Assembly (NCBI GenBank): GCA_937625935.1
Contig: OW569380.1
Coordinates: 310,001 to 374,000, forward strand
Source: Tetramitus jugosus
Lineage: Eukaryota > Protista > Heterolobosea
Reading direction: 5' to 3'
Length of the DNA: 64,000 bases
Below, piece after piece: positions 22,667 through 33,391 of this stretch. How positions within the stretch are numbered: position 1 is the first letter of the stretch; every line of letters starts with the position of its first letter. Position numbers and translations under genes: made by a program. Below the pieces are notes generated by a model. The model had not been told where the DNA came from, ran no database searches, and was given only the letters and a program-made list of their open reading frames with translations.

Positions 22667-25600
22667 TTACATGATGTTGCAGGAGCTTCTGTCTGCTTCG
22701 TCATTCTGATTCTCTCCATCCACTTCGTCATAGGTAAATATGGATCCAGACATGTTGTACTCATTGTCATCGTTATTTTGTTCACTATGCTTCTCATGGT
22801 CAATCAGGAACTCTACACAACTCTCAAGAAGCAGTGCTAAGTGCTTGCATGAGACAAACTCTTTGTACGAGTTCATTCTCATGTACTTTTGGATCAGTGA
22901 TTGCTTTTGTGCATCGTCCAAACCTAGAACGCCCTGTGTAATCAGATCGCTAATTCTTTCTTTTGTCTGCTTGATTATGATATCCTCCATTCTTTGTCGA
23001 ACAGTTGGATAATAAGTAAAGTTGTCATTGCTATAATAATATTCTGATATAGCAATCAACTCCTTCTCACATTGGTCCGATAGGACAATGTTAACTTTGT
23101 GCTGCACGTTTTGACAACACAGAGCCAGCAAGAGATGAGAATTGAATCCATTGGACTCGATTTGAATGTCCAGAGTGTGAATAGAAGGAGCAAACATGTA
23201 CAACTTTGGAATAAAAACCATATCTTGCATCATGTCTTGCCCAACAGGTGACTTGAAGGTAATCTTCAGCGTAAGTCCATTATGTTTCTCAACATGACCC
23301 AAGCACCTAGACAACCAACAAATAATCTCCCATTTGCCAATATTACGAAAATCCAGTAGATCCAGCGTTGGTGAATAGAGAATCAATCGACCAATTTCAG
23401 AGACATCATTGATGGAAGTGCTCAACGATTCATCTATCCCTACAAGGGAGTACAGAGAATCGAACCACAACTTTTGAATGTTTGTCACCTGAGGACGATA
23501 GGCCAATGGGGCATCCGATACGGAGTGGTGTTTCTCCTGCGTCTGCGATGGAGGTGCTAGGGAAGCACGCTGTGGTCGCGTGGTGTCTTGCTGCTTTTGA
23601 GACTTGACATGGACTCTACACACTGATAGCTGTCTTAAGTTGGGCAAATTGTAAGAGATGATATTGAACCAGTCACTGTTCTCAAAGGAGCAATCAGACA
23701 AACTCAGCCGTTTCACACTCTTGGCCACTGTTGTAAACAAAGTAAGACCTTTGTTGAAGAAGGTGCCATAGGACATGCTCAAATGTGTTACATGCGCACA
23801 GCAAGCATGCAATAAATTAGTGACAAATGAAGGATGCAACGAACTCATATGAATGTCCAATTCCTTCAATCCCAACAATCCATAGTACTTTTCCTTTTGG
23901 ATCAGGAATGGTTTTTGAGAAGAGGAGCCAGCAGCACTGCTGTCCGCTGTTACATTACCACCATTCACTCTGTTGCCTGTTGCAGAGACTGTACCTTGAA
24001 CAGTAGATGCATTGGTTGACAGTTTCAGAGTATGCAGCTGTCCCTTGGTCATACCGTGAACAATCCGATTGAGAGCAATGTTTGTGAACTGATCATTGCA
24101 GTTATGCAGAATCAAGTGTTTCAAGCGACAAAAGATGGACACTGGAGTGTTCTTGTCTGTTGTGACTGCTTGCTGAACCATTTGTTGCATGATTTGATTG
24201 TGTTCAGACAAGATGGAAGAGGAGGGCAGCGTTTGAGGTTGATTCAATTGTTGTGCATCACCATCACTGTTCACCACAGACGATGATGATGATGACGACG
24301 ACGACGATAGCAAGGCCAATTGCCTTCGATGATAATCAAAACCAATCAATTGCAAATGTTGCAGAGAATTGGTCAATCCCTCATCAATCAAACACTCCAT
24401 CAACTTCCACTCTGATATCCAATGACATCCCTCAATAGACAATTGCTTCAACTGCTTGCACAGTCTCAATAGACAACACAGTGCCTCATGAGTCACATAA
24501 CTCAAGTTTTTCAAATGAATGAGCTCTACATTGTTCACACCGAGCACTGTCGATTGATTGTTGGTACTGTTATTGTTGGATGACAGGAGAAGAATTAGAG
24601 AATCGATCGTGTCGTTCGTAATGCACGTAGAGTCCTTGAATTGCAACTCTTTCAATCGTTCAACGGAACAACACTTGACAATCAAATCATCAACCACACT
24701 CGTAGGTAAATCATTGCAACAATCAATCGTAAGACTCTCTAGTTGCATACGATTATCATTTGATTCTATTCCATTACTACTATTCTTATCCACATCAATA
24801 TCATTGTTCCTACTAATCACTTGATTTGAATAATGAGGATGATTGGATAGTGATGATGCCGACGCTGCTGTTGTTGACATTAATTTGACTCTAAAGAGTG
24901 TTAATGAACGAACACACTTGCCATGTTGCATCAAATTCAACAGTGTAGAATGAGACAATGACACATCACACAAATCAATTCGACTCATCCCATGAAACAA
25001 AATCAATTGATCAACAGGTGTTCTCAATTGTCGTGTACCGTACCATCCATAACAGAATGATCGTTCTCCACTGGACCATAAACCATAGTTTGTTGTTGTT
25101 TCACTTTGTTTCTCTAGTATGCACTTGGCAAATGTTTTACAAATTTGACTGCATGTGAACAAAACATGTCTCTGATCTGGAATGTACAACAGTATATGAT
25201 TCAATAGAGAACAATTGAGATCTTTTAACGTTATTATTGATGTTGTTATTGTTTGTTGAACTTCTTCTTGAGATTCCATCAGCGTAGGCAAGTCATTATT
25301 ACTCTTGAATCTCTTGATTAGAGGATATTGTTGTTGCTGTTGATGATGACGATGTGAGGATGATGGTGTTGAAGAGAGGATAATGTGTGGAGATGTTGTT
25401 GTTGTTGTTATTGTACTGCTGGTGGTGTTGGTCCTTCTTGTACATGAAGATGATGATGATGATGTCTTCATAGTAGTACTAGTGGTACTCATACTTGTGG
25501 ATGTTGAGGAAGTCATAGATGACAAGAGTGGAACAGTATGACCACTACTCGTATGATGATGTTGTTGTTGTTGTTGTTGATCAACTACTTGTTGATGTGG

Positions 25601-25702
25601 AGTGATGATGTTTATGACATCTTCATCATCAACATTACTGTTATTGTTGTTATTGTTGTTATGATGAATTCCTAGGTGAATGTCACTCAACCTTCTCTTC
25701 AT
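22667..25702 (-). CDS. F-box/leucine-rich-repeat protein
   Basis: F-box LKDLNCSLLNHILLYIP...CSQICKTF followed by Cys-containing LRRs (LESLTIDCC, LKELQFKDS, LKQLSIEGC, LKHLILHNC, LRQLSVCRV). Likely ATG at 25702; low-complexity N-terminus. Confidence 0.85.
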   Translation of the reverse strand: MKRRLSDIHLGIHHNNNNNNNSNVDDEDVINIITPHQQVVDQQQQQQHHHTSSGHTVPLLSSMTSSTSTSMSTTSTTMKTSSSSSSCTRRTNTTSSTITTTTTSPHIILSSTPSSSHRHHQQQQQYPLIKRFKSNNDLPTLMESQEEVQQTITTSIITLKDLNCSLLNHILLYIPDQRHVLFTCSQICKTFAKCILEKQSETTTNYGLWSSGERSFCYGWYGTRQLRTPVDQLILFHGMSRIDLCDVSLSHSTLLNLMQHGKCVRSLTLFRVKLMSTTAASASSLSNHPHYSNQVISRNNDIDVDKNSSNGIESNDNRMQLESLTIDCCNDLPTSVVDDLIVKCCSVERLKELQFKDSTCITNDTIDSLILLLSSNNNSTNNQSTVLGVNNVELIHLKNLSYVTHEALCCLLRLCKQLKQLSIEGCHWISEWKLMECLIDEGLTNSLQHLQLIGFDYHRRQLALLSSSSSSSSSSVVNSDGDAQQLNQPQTLPSSSILSEHNQIMQQMVQQAVTTDKNTPVSIFCRLKHLILHNCNDQFTNIALNRIVHGMTKGQLHTLKLSTNASTVQGTVSATGNRVNGGNVTADSSAAGSSSQKPFLIQKEKYYGLLGLKELDIHMSSLHPSFVTNLLHACCAHVTHLSMSYGTFFNKGLTLFTTVAKSVKRLSLSDCSFENSDWFNIISYNLPNLRQLSVCRVHVKSQKQQDTTRPQRASLAPPSQTQEKHHSVSDAPLAYRPQVTNIQKLWFDSLYSLVGIDESLSTSINDVSEIGRLILYSPTLDLLDFRNIGKWEIICWLSRCLGHVEKHNGLTLKITFKSPVGQDMMQDMVFIPKLYMFAPSIHTLDIQIESNGFNSHLLLALCCQNVQHKVNIVLSDQCEKELIAISEYYYSNDNFTYYPTVRQRMEDIIIKQTKERISDLITQGVLGLDDAQKQSLIQKYMRMNSYKEFVSCKHLALLLESCVEFLIDHEKHSEQNNDDNEYNMSGSIFTYDEVDGENQNDEADRSSCNIM

Positions 25703-26401
25703 AATTTTGTGTTTCTTGATTGTTTTTGATGGGGAAAAATTGGAAAAGGAATAACACGGAGCGGACAATAGGAGTGCTATGGTTCTATTGCAACAGTACT
25801 TTTTTCTCTCAATGGAAGCTTTAAAGCCAATAGTGTGTAGCACGAGGTGTGGGTGGTAATACTCGAGTTGAGTGAGTTGTTGTAGTTACCAAGTCGTATT
25901 AGTTTACGTGGGTGTGATAGTGTTTTTGTGTATTGAATTTGACCAAGGCACAAACCATGGAAAATTCTTCCGTTCTATTCGCGCAGGCCAATCAATAGCT
26001 GGCGGAAATGTTCCAGAGATGGATGTTTGGCAGCATCGCTCGTCAAAAAAAAACCTCCATTGCTTTTGTTAGGAAAGCTCGTCGGAAATTTTCAGATGGT
26101 GGAAAAATGGAAGATTGTTGTGGCAGCGAGGCAATACAACTACTGTGTATCGCAAAAAGGATCCTTCTGGTAACGCGATACAGCCATGATCAACATGATG
26201 GTTAGACCAACACTCAGAGAAGCTTTGTTGTCTATTTCCCTCACTGATTACTGTTTCGTTAACCCATGTGTTATCCTCCGTGAGAATGCATGGCTCGAAC
26301 AATCAATTCACAGGAAATTAAAAGTGTGTCGTAGAGACTCTCCGAGCTTGGCCCATGCAAGAAATTCTCCACGTCATTGAAGCCAACTTGGACTTTACCC
26401 A

Positions 26402-26767
26402 ATGAAGCATTTCAAGTTTTGTTGCACCGATGGCAAAAAAACTGGAACTTTGGCAACAATGTTCAAAACCATAACGAACAAGAAAATCACTCAAAAAAAA
26501 ACTACGACGTCTACCGAGACAAGACACATCAAACCCAGAAAAAAAATGACCAAGACAGCAAACAAGAAGGAAAATATCGAATACACGACAATGGGTACTC
26601 TGCTACCACCAATGACATTTGATACATCGACACCAATGCTCCAACTGTGGAATCAATTGAATCACACGGAGCAATTGATTGTTATTGAGAGATTGGCCAA
26701 AACCAATCCTGAACTGGCAGAAAAGATTCAACAGCACGCAAAACAAGTTGTAGAATCGAGGAAGTGA
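26402..26767 (+). CDS. Possible small helical protein (likely start 26591, MGTLLPP...)
   Basis: The C-terminal ~58 aa look like an amphipathic helical protein. The 5' part of the ORF is A-rich and UTR-like. Confidence 0.4.
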   Translation: MKHFKFCCTDGKKTGTLATMFKTITNKKITQKKTTTSTETRHIKPRKKMTKTANKKENIEYTTMGTLLPPMTFDTSTPMLQLWNQLNHTEQLIVIERLAKTNPELAEKIQQHAKQVVESRK

Positions 26768-26939
26768 ACACAATCATTTTTTACCACCGAGTATTTCACA
26801 AACAACATCGCCTGTACTTTTTTTGTCCAATCAATCAACAACTGGAACACATATTATCTTCATGAAGGTGAAGAAAACAAAAATCACATGATGATTCACA
26901 TTAAAAAACGAACTGTTTGAATTGTATCCCACTTGTTGT

Positions 26940-27591
26940 TTATTTACTGTCACTGTCCTTGATATCGACAATGTCTCTTCTCTTGGCAAACTTTGGCTTA
27001 GATTCACCCACTTTGACCAGATCCTTTAACACACCATCAATCTGCTCTACACTCAAATTGGTCAATGAACGTTCTTCAATTTCAGCAAAGTCATAGGAAC
27101 CGATAATGTATGGTTCAGGCACTGGAGCCTCGCGCACTAGAATTCTAGTAGATGGATTCAATACTTTGAGATCAGTGTAATGTGTGTTAATGTATTGACT
27201 ACAAGTTGTTCATCATTATTCCACAATGTATGATTATTATTATTATTATTGATTCATGTTGTTTGTCAATCAAATATTCCATTTTGTCACGTGTGTTTTT
27301 TGTTTTTTCGTCATCCATCGTACAAAAATCATTCACATTCAATCCATCAAAATATCAACCAATTGAAAAATTAAAATGTGAGTATTGTGTGTATGGAGAA
27401 TGCACAAGTGAGCCTTGTGTTTTTACATTGCCAACAAAAAATGTTGTCTCTCATTTCATTGGTGACAGAAAAAAAATGATAGATGATGTGTGTGAGAAAA
27501 CATACACAACGTTCTGTGAATTTGGAAGTTCAGGGTTAAAGAAGAATCCAATAGCCCTGACATTGTGGCTCAACTTTGCTCTCCACGACAT
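26940..27591 (-). CDS. NDUFA2: Mitochondrial complex I subunit NDUFA2/B8 (L51_S25_CI-B8 domain), 2 exons
   Basis: Exon 1 MSWRAKLSHNVRAIGFFFNPELPNSQNV, intron 27199-27505 (GTATGT..TAG), exon 2 QYINTHYTDLKVLNPSTRILVREA...YDF.E.EERSLTNLSVEQIDGVLKDLV. This aligns with the B8 pattern. Confidence 0.85.
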
Positions 27592-27793
27592 CTTTGATGA
27601 TATGCAATTGTGTTTTTTTTTTGCGTGCGTTGTAATAAAAAATTCATGAACATGCAATGAAAGCTTCGCGCGTTTATTCCCGGAGTTTTGTTCTTATCTG
27701 ACAGTTACGAAGTTTAGCTCAACTGTCTTAGCGTCGTTCCAGAACTCTGAAATGAAGCCGCACAAGAAAAAGAAAGAGCTTTATTTATTTGAG

Positions 27794-28776
27794 ATGACTC
27801 ATAAGCTTCCCAATGCAGAATCTTTTATCAAGCAGTACTTTGATCAACATGTGATGAAATTGCAAGTCATGGGTTCAGCCTGTTCTAGCTACTTGGTGTT
27901 CGTCAAGGTAAGAGGAAGGTAAATCTATGATTGATGGATGAACGTTTCATTGACACTGAAGTAATTTAGAGCCTTAGGTGTTGTCCCTTTGAATTACATG
28001 CCAAGCATGTCTCATATCGGTGGTTAGAGCTGGTATCTGAATGGGGTATGGTCAGAGAGGAACACGAACGAGTATTAGTCAATCTTTCTGAGACGATCAA
28101 CCTCATTCATTCGGATTCCAGGACTTTCACATTTCTCAGTTCGTATCTGCGCACTTCTAAACGAAGATTGATCAATGGATTGGACTACGCTTGGTATCAT
28201 TACAAGACATTGCATCAGTGGATATCCAACTTTACTCATAAGCTCAAATACTTGCGAAAGATGGATCTATGCGATTGGCCAGATGAATTCTATTGTCCTG
28301 ATCGACACACCATTGCTCATCACCGTGAAACATCCATACACCATCGGAATTGTCCACCATCCATCGTAGATGTACGAATCGGTAGTTCCTCAAGGGTACC
28401 TGCCAAGCAAGCCCAACACCACGACTCTTATCTAGCCAAGCTAAATCAACTTGCTCAGATGGGATTCCCTTCAAACAGGAAGAAATCACAAAAAGACCTC
28501 AAGAAATGGCAGGAGTCGACCAAAGATTCGATCGAATATGAAGTTCTTTCGGACACATCGACTCAACCATCGCCACTCCAGATTGCAATGACCAAACCTC
28601 AGTATCATATTACCTACAACCAACAATATGAGAGACCCCACATTTTACACTCGATTGGAAGTTCAACTCTAATACCGATTCGCTTCGGTTTTCACTCGGC
28701 CAATGTGTCTCGTCGCAAGAACTTATCGACGTTTGAGGGAAAAAAAGACCAGATGTTCAATGACCTGCTGGAATGA
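27794..28776 (+). CDS. Hypothetical protein, 2 exons
   Basis: Exon 1 (27794-27907) and intron 27908-27969 (GTAAGA..TTAG) join in frame to the 242-aa ORF; no recognisable domain. Confidence 0.6.
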
Positions 28777-29120
28777 AAAAAAGTTCGAACCAAATATTTT
28801 TGTACAGTTCCCGATCGGTCGATGACAAAGCATACCCAATTCAATGTGGAAGGCTGCCACCCCAACGAATAAAATCCCGGCCGTACACAACAGAAAGAAC
28901 CACCCTCACTTTTTAACACACACAATTCCCTCTCAGCGAACAACGCACAAACAAAGAACAACAACCAACAACCAACCAACCAACCAACCAACCTACTACT
29001 AAGACCCAACCTTTCTGACAAGGAGTGAATTTGAACCCAAAACACAATCATCATAACAATCATTACCATTGTACTTTCTAAACAACAACAACTCGAATCA
29101 TCATCATCAAAAATAATAAC

Positions 29121-30264
29121 ATGTCCACAACAACAACAACAACATCACTGCTCCCATTGAGCATGTCTTCAGTGACATCCATTGATGGATTGACTCAATT
29201 CTACAATGAATTCATCTCATTTAACGCAACAAGTCATTTCACTTGTTATCAAGGAAGAAGTATGCCTCAATATTTGGCCAATTGCTCCACATTGCACGAG
29301 ACTGGAGTGTATTGGCCAGTTGTCATTGTCAGTTTTATCATTTGTCACATGTTTGAATATGTGGTGAGACAATTGTCCTATAGAACAAGTGTTTGGAAGT
29401 CGATGGACCCTGTTGAATCTGTTCGTTGGCACAACAAGTATGTTAAAGCATGCTTTTGTTTTTTCGTTTGTTTGTTTGTTGTGTCGAGATTTTTGTTTCT
29501 AACACTCTTTATTATTTGATATCAAATACAATAATAACAATCATAATCATACGAATCATAACAACAAATCATAACGAATCATAACAACAAATCATACGAA
29601 TAGAGTGGTGAGTTATGTGCATGCATGGATCAGTACTATACTCGTTGTTCATGCTCTGCTCATGGAACCACACACATGGAGAGATGCATGCCACGCCTAT
29701 GCCCCTCGTTATGAACTCGTTCTCGCAATCTCTGTTGGTTACTTTTTATTTGACTTGTTCTTCTTTTTGAGGAACAGAAAAGTGTTTGGAGACAATACGA
29801 GCATGGTTGTTCATCACTTGGTGTGCATCATTGCCATCACCTATTGTGTCGCCTATCGTGTCGGTCTCTTTTACAACATGTGCTTGTTGTTTACGGAAGT
29901 GACCACCATTTTCTTCCATCAACAATGGTTCTTGAGTGCGATTGGATACAAGAATGGAAAGCTCTATCAGTTGAATGGTCTGCTGTTTTGGATATTGTTC
30001 TTCTTTTGTAGAGTTGTGTGGTGCTTTTTGCAAAATGTTCACTTGTATGTGTTCTCGTATCAATTTGCATTCGCACCCTACATTTTCAGAGCACCTATCG
30101 TCACGCCTAGTATTCTCTTCTTTTTGAACCTGTACTGGTTCATCATCATTACCAAGAGAGTGGTTCAACATGGTGGTAAATCACCAAACAATGACAACAA
30201 GTCTGCTGGTGACATGAAGAAGCAGAGGCAGCAACAAGAGGAAGAATCAAAGAAGGATCAATAA
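29121..30264 (+). CDS. TLC-domain (TRAM/LAG1/CLN8) membrane protein, TMEM56/TLCD4-like, 2 exons
   Basis: Intron 29438-29603 (GTATGT..TAG). Motifs VSYVHA, SVGYFLFDL, MVVHH, LFTEVTTIF, NGLLFWILFFFCR, LNLYWF..I. Confidence 0.9.
29530..29602 (+). repeat. Short imperfect tandem repeat inside the TLC-gene intron
   Basis: About 2.5 copies of a ~23-24 nt unit, acgaatcataacaacaaatcat(a), directly before the 3' splice site. Confidence 0.7.
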
Positions 30265-30327
30265 TAAACACTTGTTGTATCTCTTTCAATCACCATGGTC
30301 GTTTTAGGTTGTTAAATGTTAGTACTT

Positions 30328-32813
30328 TTATGTTCTGTGTTGTAAGAAGGTGTGACCGCCGCCATGTCGTTGTTCATACAGTGGTGTAGCTGCTCGAGGA
30401 CTACTCTTGAATGCAGTATTAGTTGCCCTTAGTGTTGTTGTTGTTGTTGGTGCTGGAGTGAATGAGGATGTGGGTGATTGATAGGCCAGAGCAAACAGAT
30501 CCAATGGTTGACCGTCTTCTCCTCTGTACTTGTCTGGATTCTTCTTAGCAGCTGTGCTGAGACTTGTATAATGAGAAGAGAAGTGATTCGAAGTTGACTG
30601 TTGTACAGGAGTGGAGGAGCTGAGATCTGCAGTTGGAGAGCGGAGGCGAGAAGAGGCAAGTGGTTGAGGCCTAGCAGAGTTCGAGTAAGGGGCATCGGAT
30701 CGCTGAAGGGATGATCTGAATTCAGTAGAGTACGACCTATTTCTTGACATAGATTCCATTCCCACGGTAGAGTTCGACTCGCCAAGTTTCATTGCTTCCG
30801 TCTCGGGATCACTTGTTCGCACAAGGTTCTTTCCAGTGCTTTGCACTGTGGGTTGATATTGTCGGTCGTTGACAGGAGTATGGACAACACTTTCAGTGGG
30901 AGATCCTATCCGCCACTGATTTGATTCTCCATACTTAGTATATCTTTGTTGGGGTGTAGAAGGACGATTATCTGATATCGTTTGTCCAGTGGGAGATTGA
31001 ATTGGCTTGGGAGATTCCTCAGTGTCCTTAAACTCATTTGTTATCCGCTGTTTAATCACCTGGGCATTGTGAATGGCAAGTGTTTCCTTGCTCTTCTGTT
31101 GTGCTTTTGTTAATATTTGCATGCGATTATTGTCTGCCTCGACCCTAGCAACGACATTCTTCATTCGAGCAATCTCTCTTTCCAATTCTCTTACTCTTTC
31201 TCTTTCTTTCGTCAATTGATCGACTAATGTTTTCTGCATTAGTTGTTTGGACTCATCTAGTCTGTTAAACTTCGATTCTAATTCTCCAAGTTTCGTATCC
31301 ACCTTTTCTTTGAGTGAAACAAGATCAGAATATTTCTTCTGGAGTTCTTCACATTTCGTTTTAACCTTCTTCCTATCATTTTTCGCTTCAGTTATCTCCT
31401 TCTCCAAGTCTATTTCCTTGACTTTATACTTTTTAAGTTCGTCCTTCTTCTCTTCATCCAGTTCCGATATTCTCTGAAGTAGTATCTCGTTCTTTGTTTG
31501 AAGAGCTTCAATTGCTTCTTTCAATTTCATCGTATTCGAAGATGATTCACTGATCATTTGTTGATTCTCATAGTTCATCTTGGAGAATGTATCCAATTGG
31601 TCGGCAATGCTATTATTCTCAGATGATAGAATTCCTACTTGCTGTCTCAATTCATGTTCTCTGTGTTGATAAAAGTTGCATTTTTGACTCAATTCATCAA
31701 TTAACGATTCCCTGTTTTGATGAATTAAGGTTAATTCATTATTCTTCTCTCTAATCACTATCAACTCTTGGCCACATATCCTCAAGTCTCTTTCCACTGT
31801 TGATAATCGCTCTCTCAATACATGGTTCTCCCTCGAGGATTCTCCTTCGACATGTTTAACATCGCCTAACTCTACAACTTTTTCGTTGATTCCCTTCATG
31901 AGAGTTGTTTTATCCTCTTCAAGATCGCTGATCTCTCGTTGAGCATCGGAATACAGCTTATTGAGTTGTTGAACCTGTAAGAAGACATGGGATGAGTAAT
32001 GGATCTTTCTCCAGCCAAAGAAGGAAAAACATACTCGTGTGTTCATTTCGTTGTAATTAATCTGATACTCTGAAAGTTGTTCCTCTAACCGACGTGTATG
32101 TTCGGTTAAATCATTCACGGTCCCCTGCAAATCGTTAATCATACTGTGACATTGTTCGTTTTCAGTGATCAAGTTAGTGTTATCCACCTTAGTCGATGAA
32201 AGTTCATATAAGAGCCTCTCTGCACTTTCATCCTTTAATTCGGAATCTATTGCGCCATTTAGTACATCGATTTCTCTCGCTTGGGTCCTCGTCAGGTCAT
32301 TTAGCCGAACAACTTCGTTCTCCAATTGATCAATCTTTTCTTTCAGCCTGGAGTTTGATGATTCCACTTTTGAAACTTGACTCTTCAATCCTGTATTCAC
32401 TTTTGTTTCCATCTTCTTATTCTGTTCCTTCACTTGTTTCCAGTTCTTCTCTATATCTTGATTTTCTTTTTGGAGTTGATTGTTCTAATGTTGTGTTAAA
32501 GAAATGAGAACATGCAAGAATTTACAGTGTGAGTGTTTTGAGAAATTCTTAGGATGAAAACAGCAGATCTTCATACCGAGTGCTGGAGAACTCCAATTTC
32601 CTTGACCAATGTTTCATTCTTTACTCTTAATTTTCTATTTCCTTTGGAGTACTCTTCCAGCTTGGAGTAAACAATGAAAGTGTGAGTAGAAAAATATTCC
32701 ATACTTGTGGTTCATACTCAGGGAAAACATACTCTTGTTCGAAGTTCAATGTTCTCCTTCTCTAATTTCTGTATCTTTTTCATATTACCGTCTACATCTT
32801 TCTTGTGATTCAT
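30328..32813 (-). CDS. Long coiled-coil protein with Ser/Thr/Pro-rich tail, at least 4 exons
   Basis: Introns 32661-32732, 32485-32576 and 31975-32034 all keep the frame. Continuous heptad pattern. The 5' end is uncertain. Confidence 0.75.
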
Positions 32814-33115
32814 TGTTCCAATTCCTAATAATTAATACGTTTAATACTATGTAAGGGAATAAATAGCCTTGCAGTGTGGAATCAATTTTCAACTGTTGAA
32901 AATTTGAGAAGTTTGGCGCTTGCTGCAGCCTAAGAAACGTTCGGTTTGGGCGCCATTTTTTATTCGAACCAGGAACGAGATCTCGAATCGATATTTGAAG
33001 ATCAAAGTTGACCTCATATTTTTATGAAGGCACTAGCGTATTACCCATTGGTTTTTTATCTGAACCAACATTTTCATAACAAAGAAGACATTAGACTAAA
33101 GACTCCAATCAACAA

Positions 33116-33334
33116 ATGGCCGATAGACCTTACAAAAGCACATTTTCACCCAATAGTTCCTTCATCAATTGGGTTCATATATTGGGTGTAGCTCCAGCTC
33201 TTGCAGTCCTGAAATACAGACCAGAATATGTCAAGTACACTCCAGTTGCAGCATTGGCTGTCGTCCTATTCCATGGTTGGGAAGTAAGGAAGAAATCAAT
33301 GATCCCAACAACCAGAAAACAGAAAACTTTGTAA
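33116..33334 (+). CDS. 72-aa two-TM membrane peptide with one His per helix
   Basis: ATG in A-rich context, sitting in an otherwise empty gap. Hydrophobic segments INWVHILGVAPALAVL and VAALAVVLFHGW. Confidence 0.65.
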   Translation: MADRPYKSTFSPNSSFINWVHILGVAPALAVLKYRPEYVKYTPVAALAVVLFHGWEVRKKSMIPTTRKQKTL

Positions 33335-33391
33335 AGGAGAAAATCTTGACTCATCCCAAGTAAATCTGATTTTGTCTGAAAAATACACCTT

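Noticed and set aside
25872-26400. Several 65-77-aa ORFs upstream of the F-box gene
   Set aside because: Overlapping on both strands with no recognisable motif; more likely promoter/UTR.
27199-27505. Longer-than-typical introns (NDUFA2 307 nt; CBS gene 208 nt) as snoRNA hosts
   Set aside because: No properly paired C/D boxes or H/ACA hairpins visible; mostly simple sequence.
29530-29602. Repeat in the TLC intron as a CRISPR-like array
   Set aside because: Head-to-tail slippage repeat without unique spacers; eukaryotic context; no cas genes.
13223-30264. S1P lyase, START, TSPO and TLC genes as a lipid/sterol cluster linked to cyclic glucan
   Set aside because: Interspersed with unrelated housekeeping genes and 20 kb or more from cgs; these are common families, so chance adjacency is sufficient.
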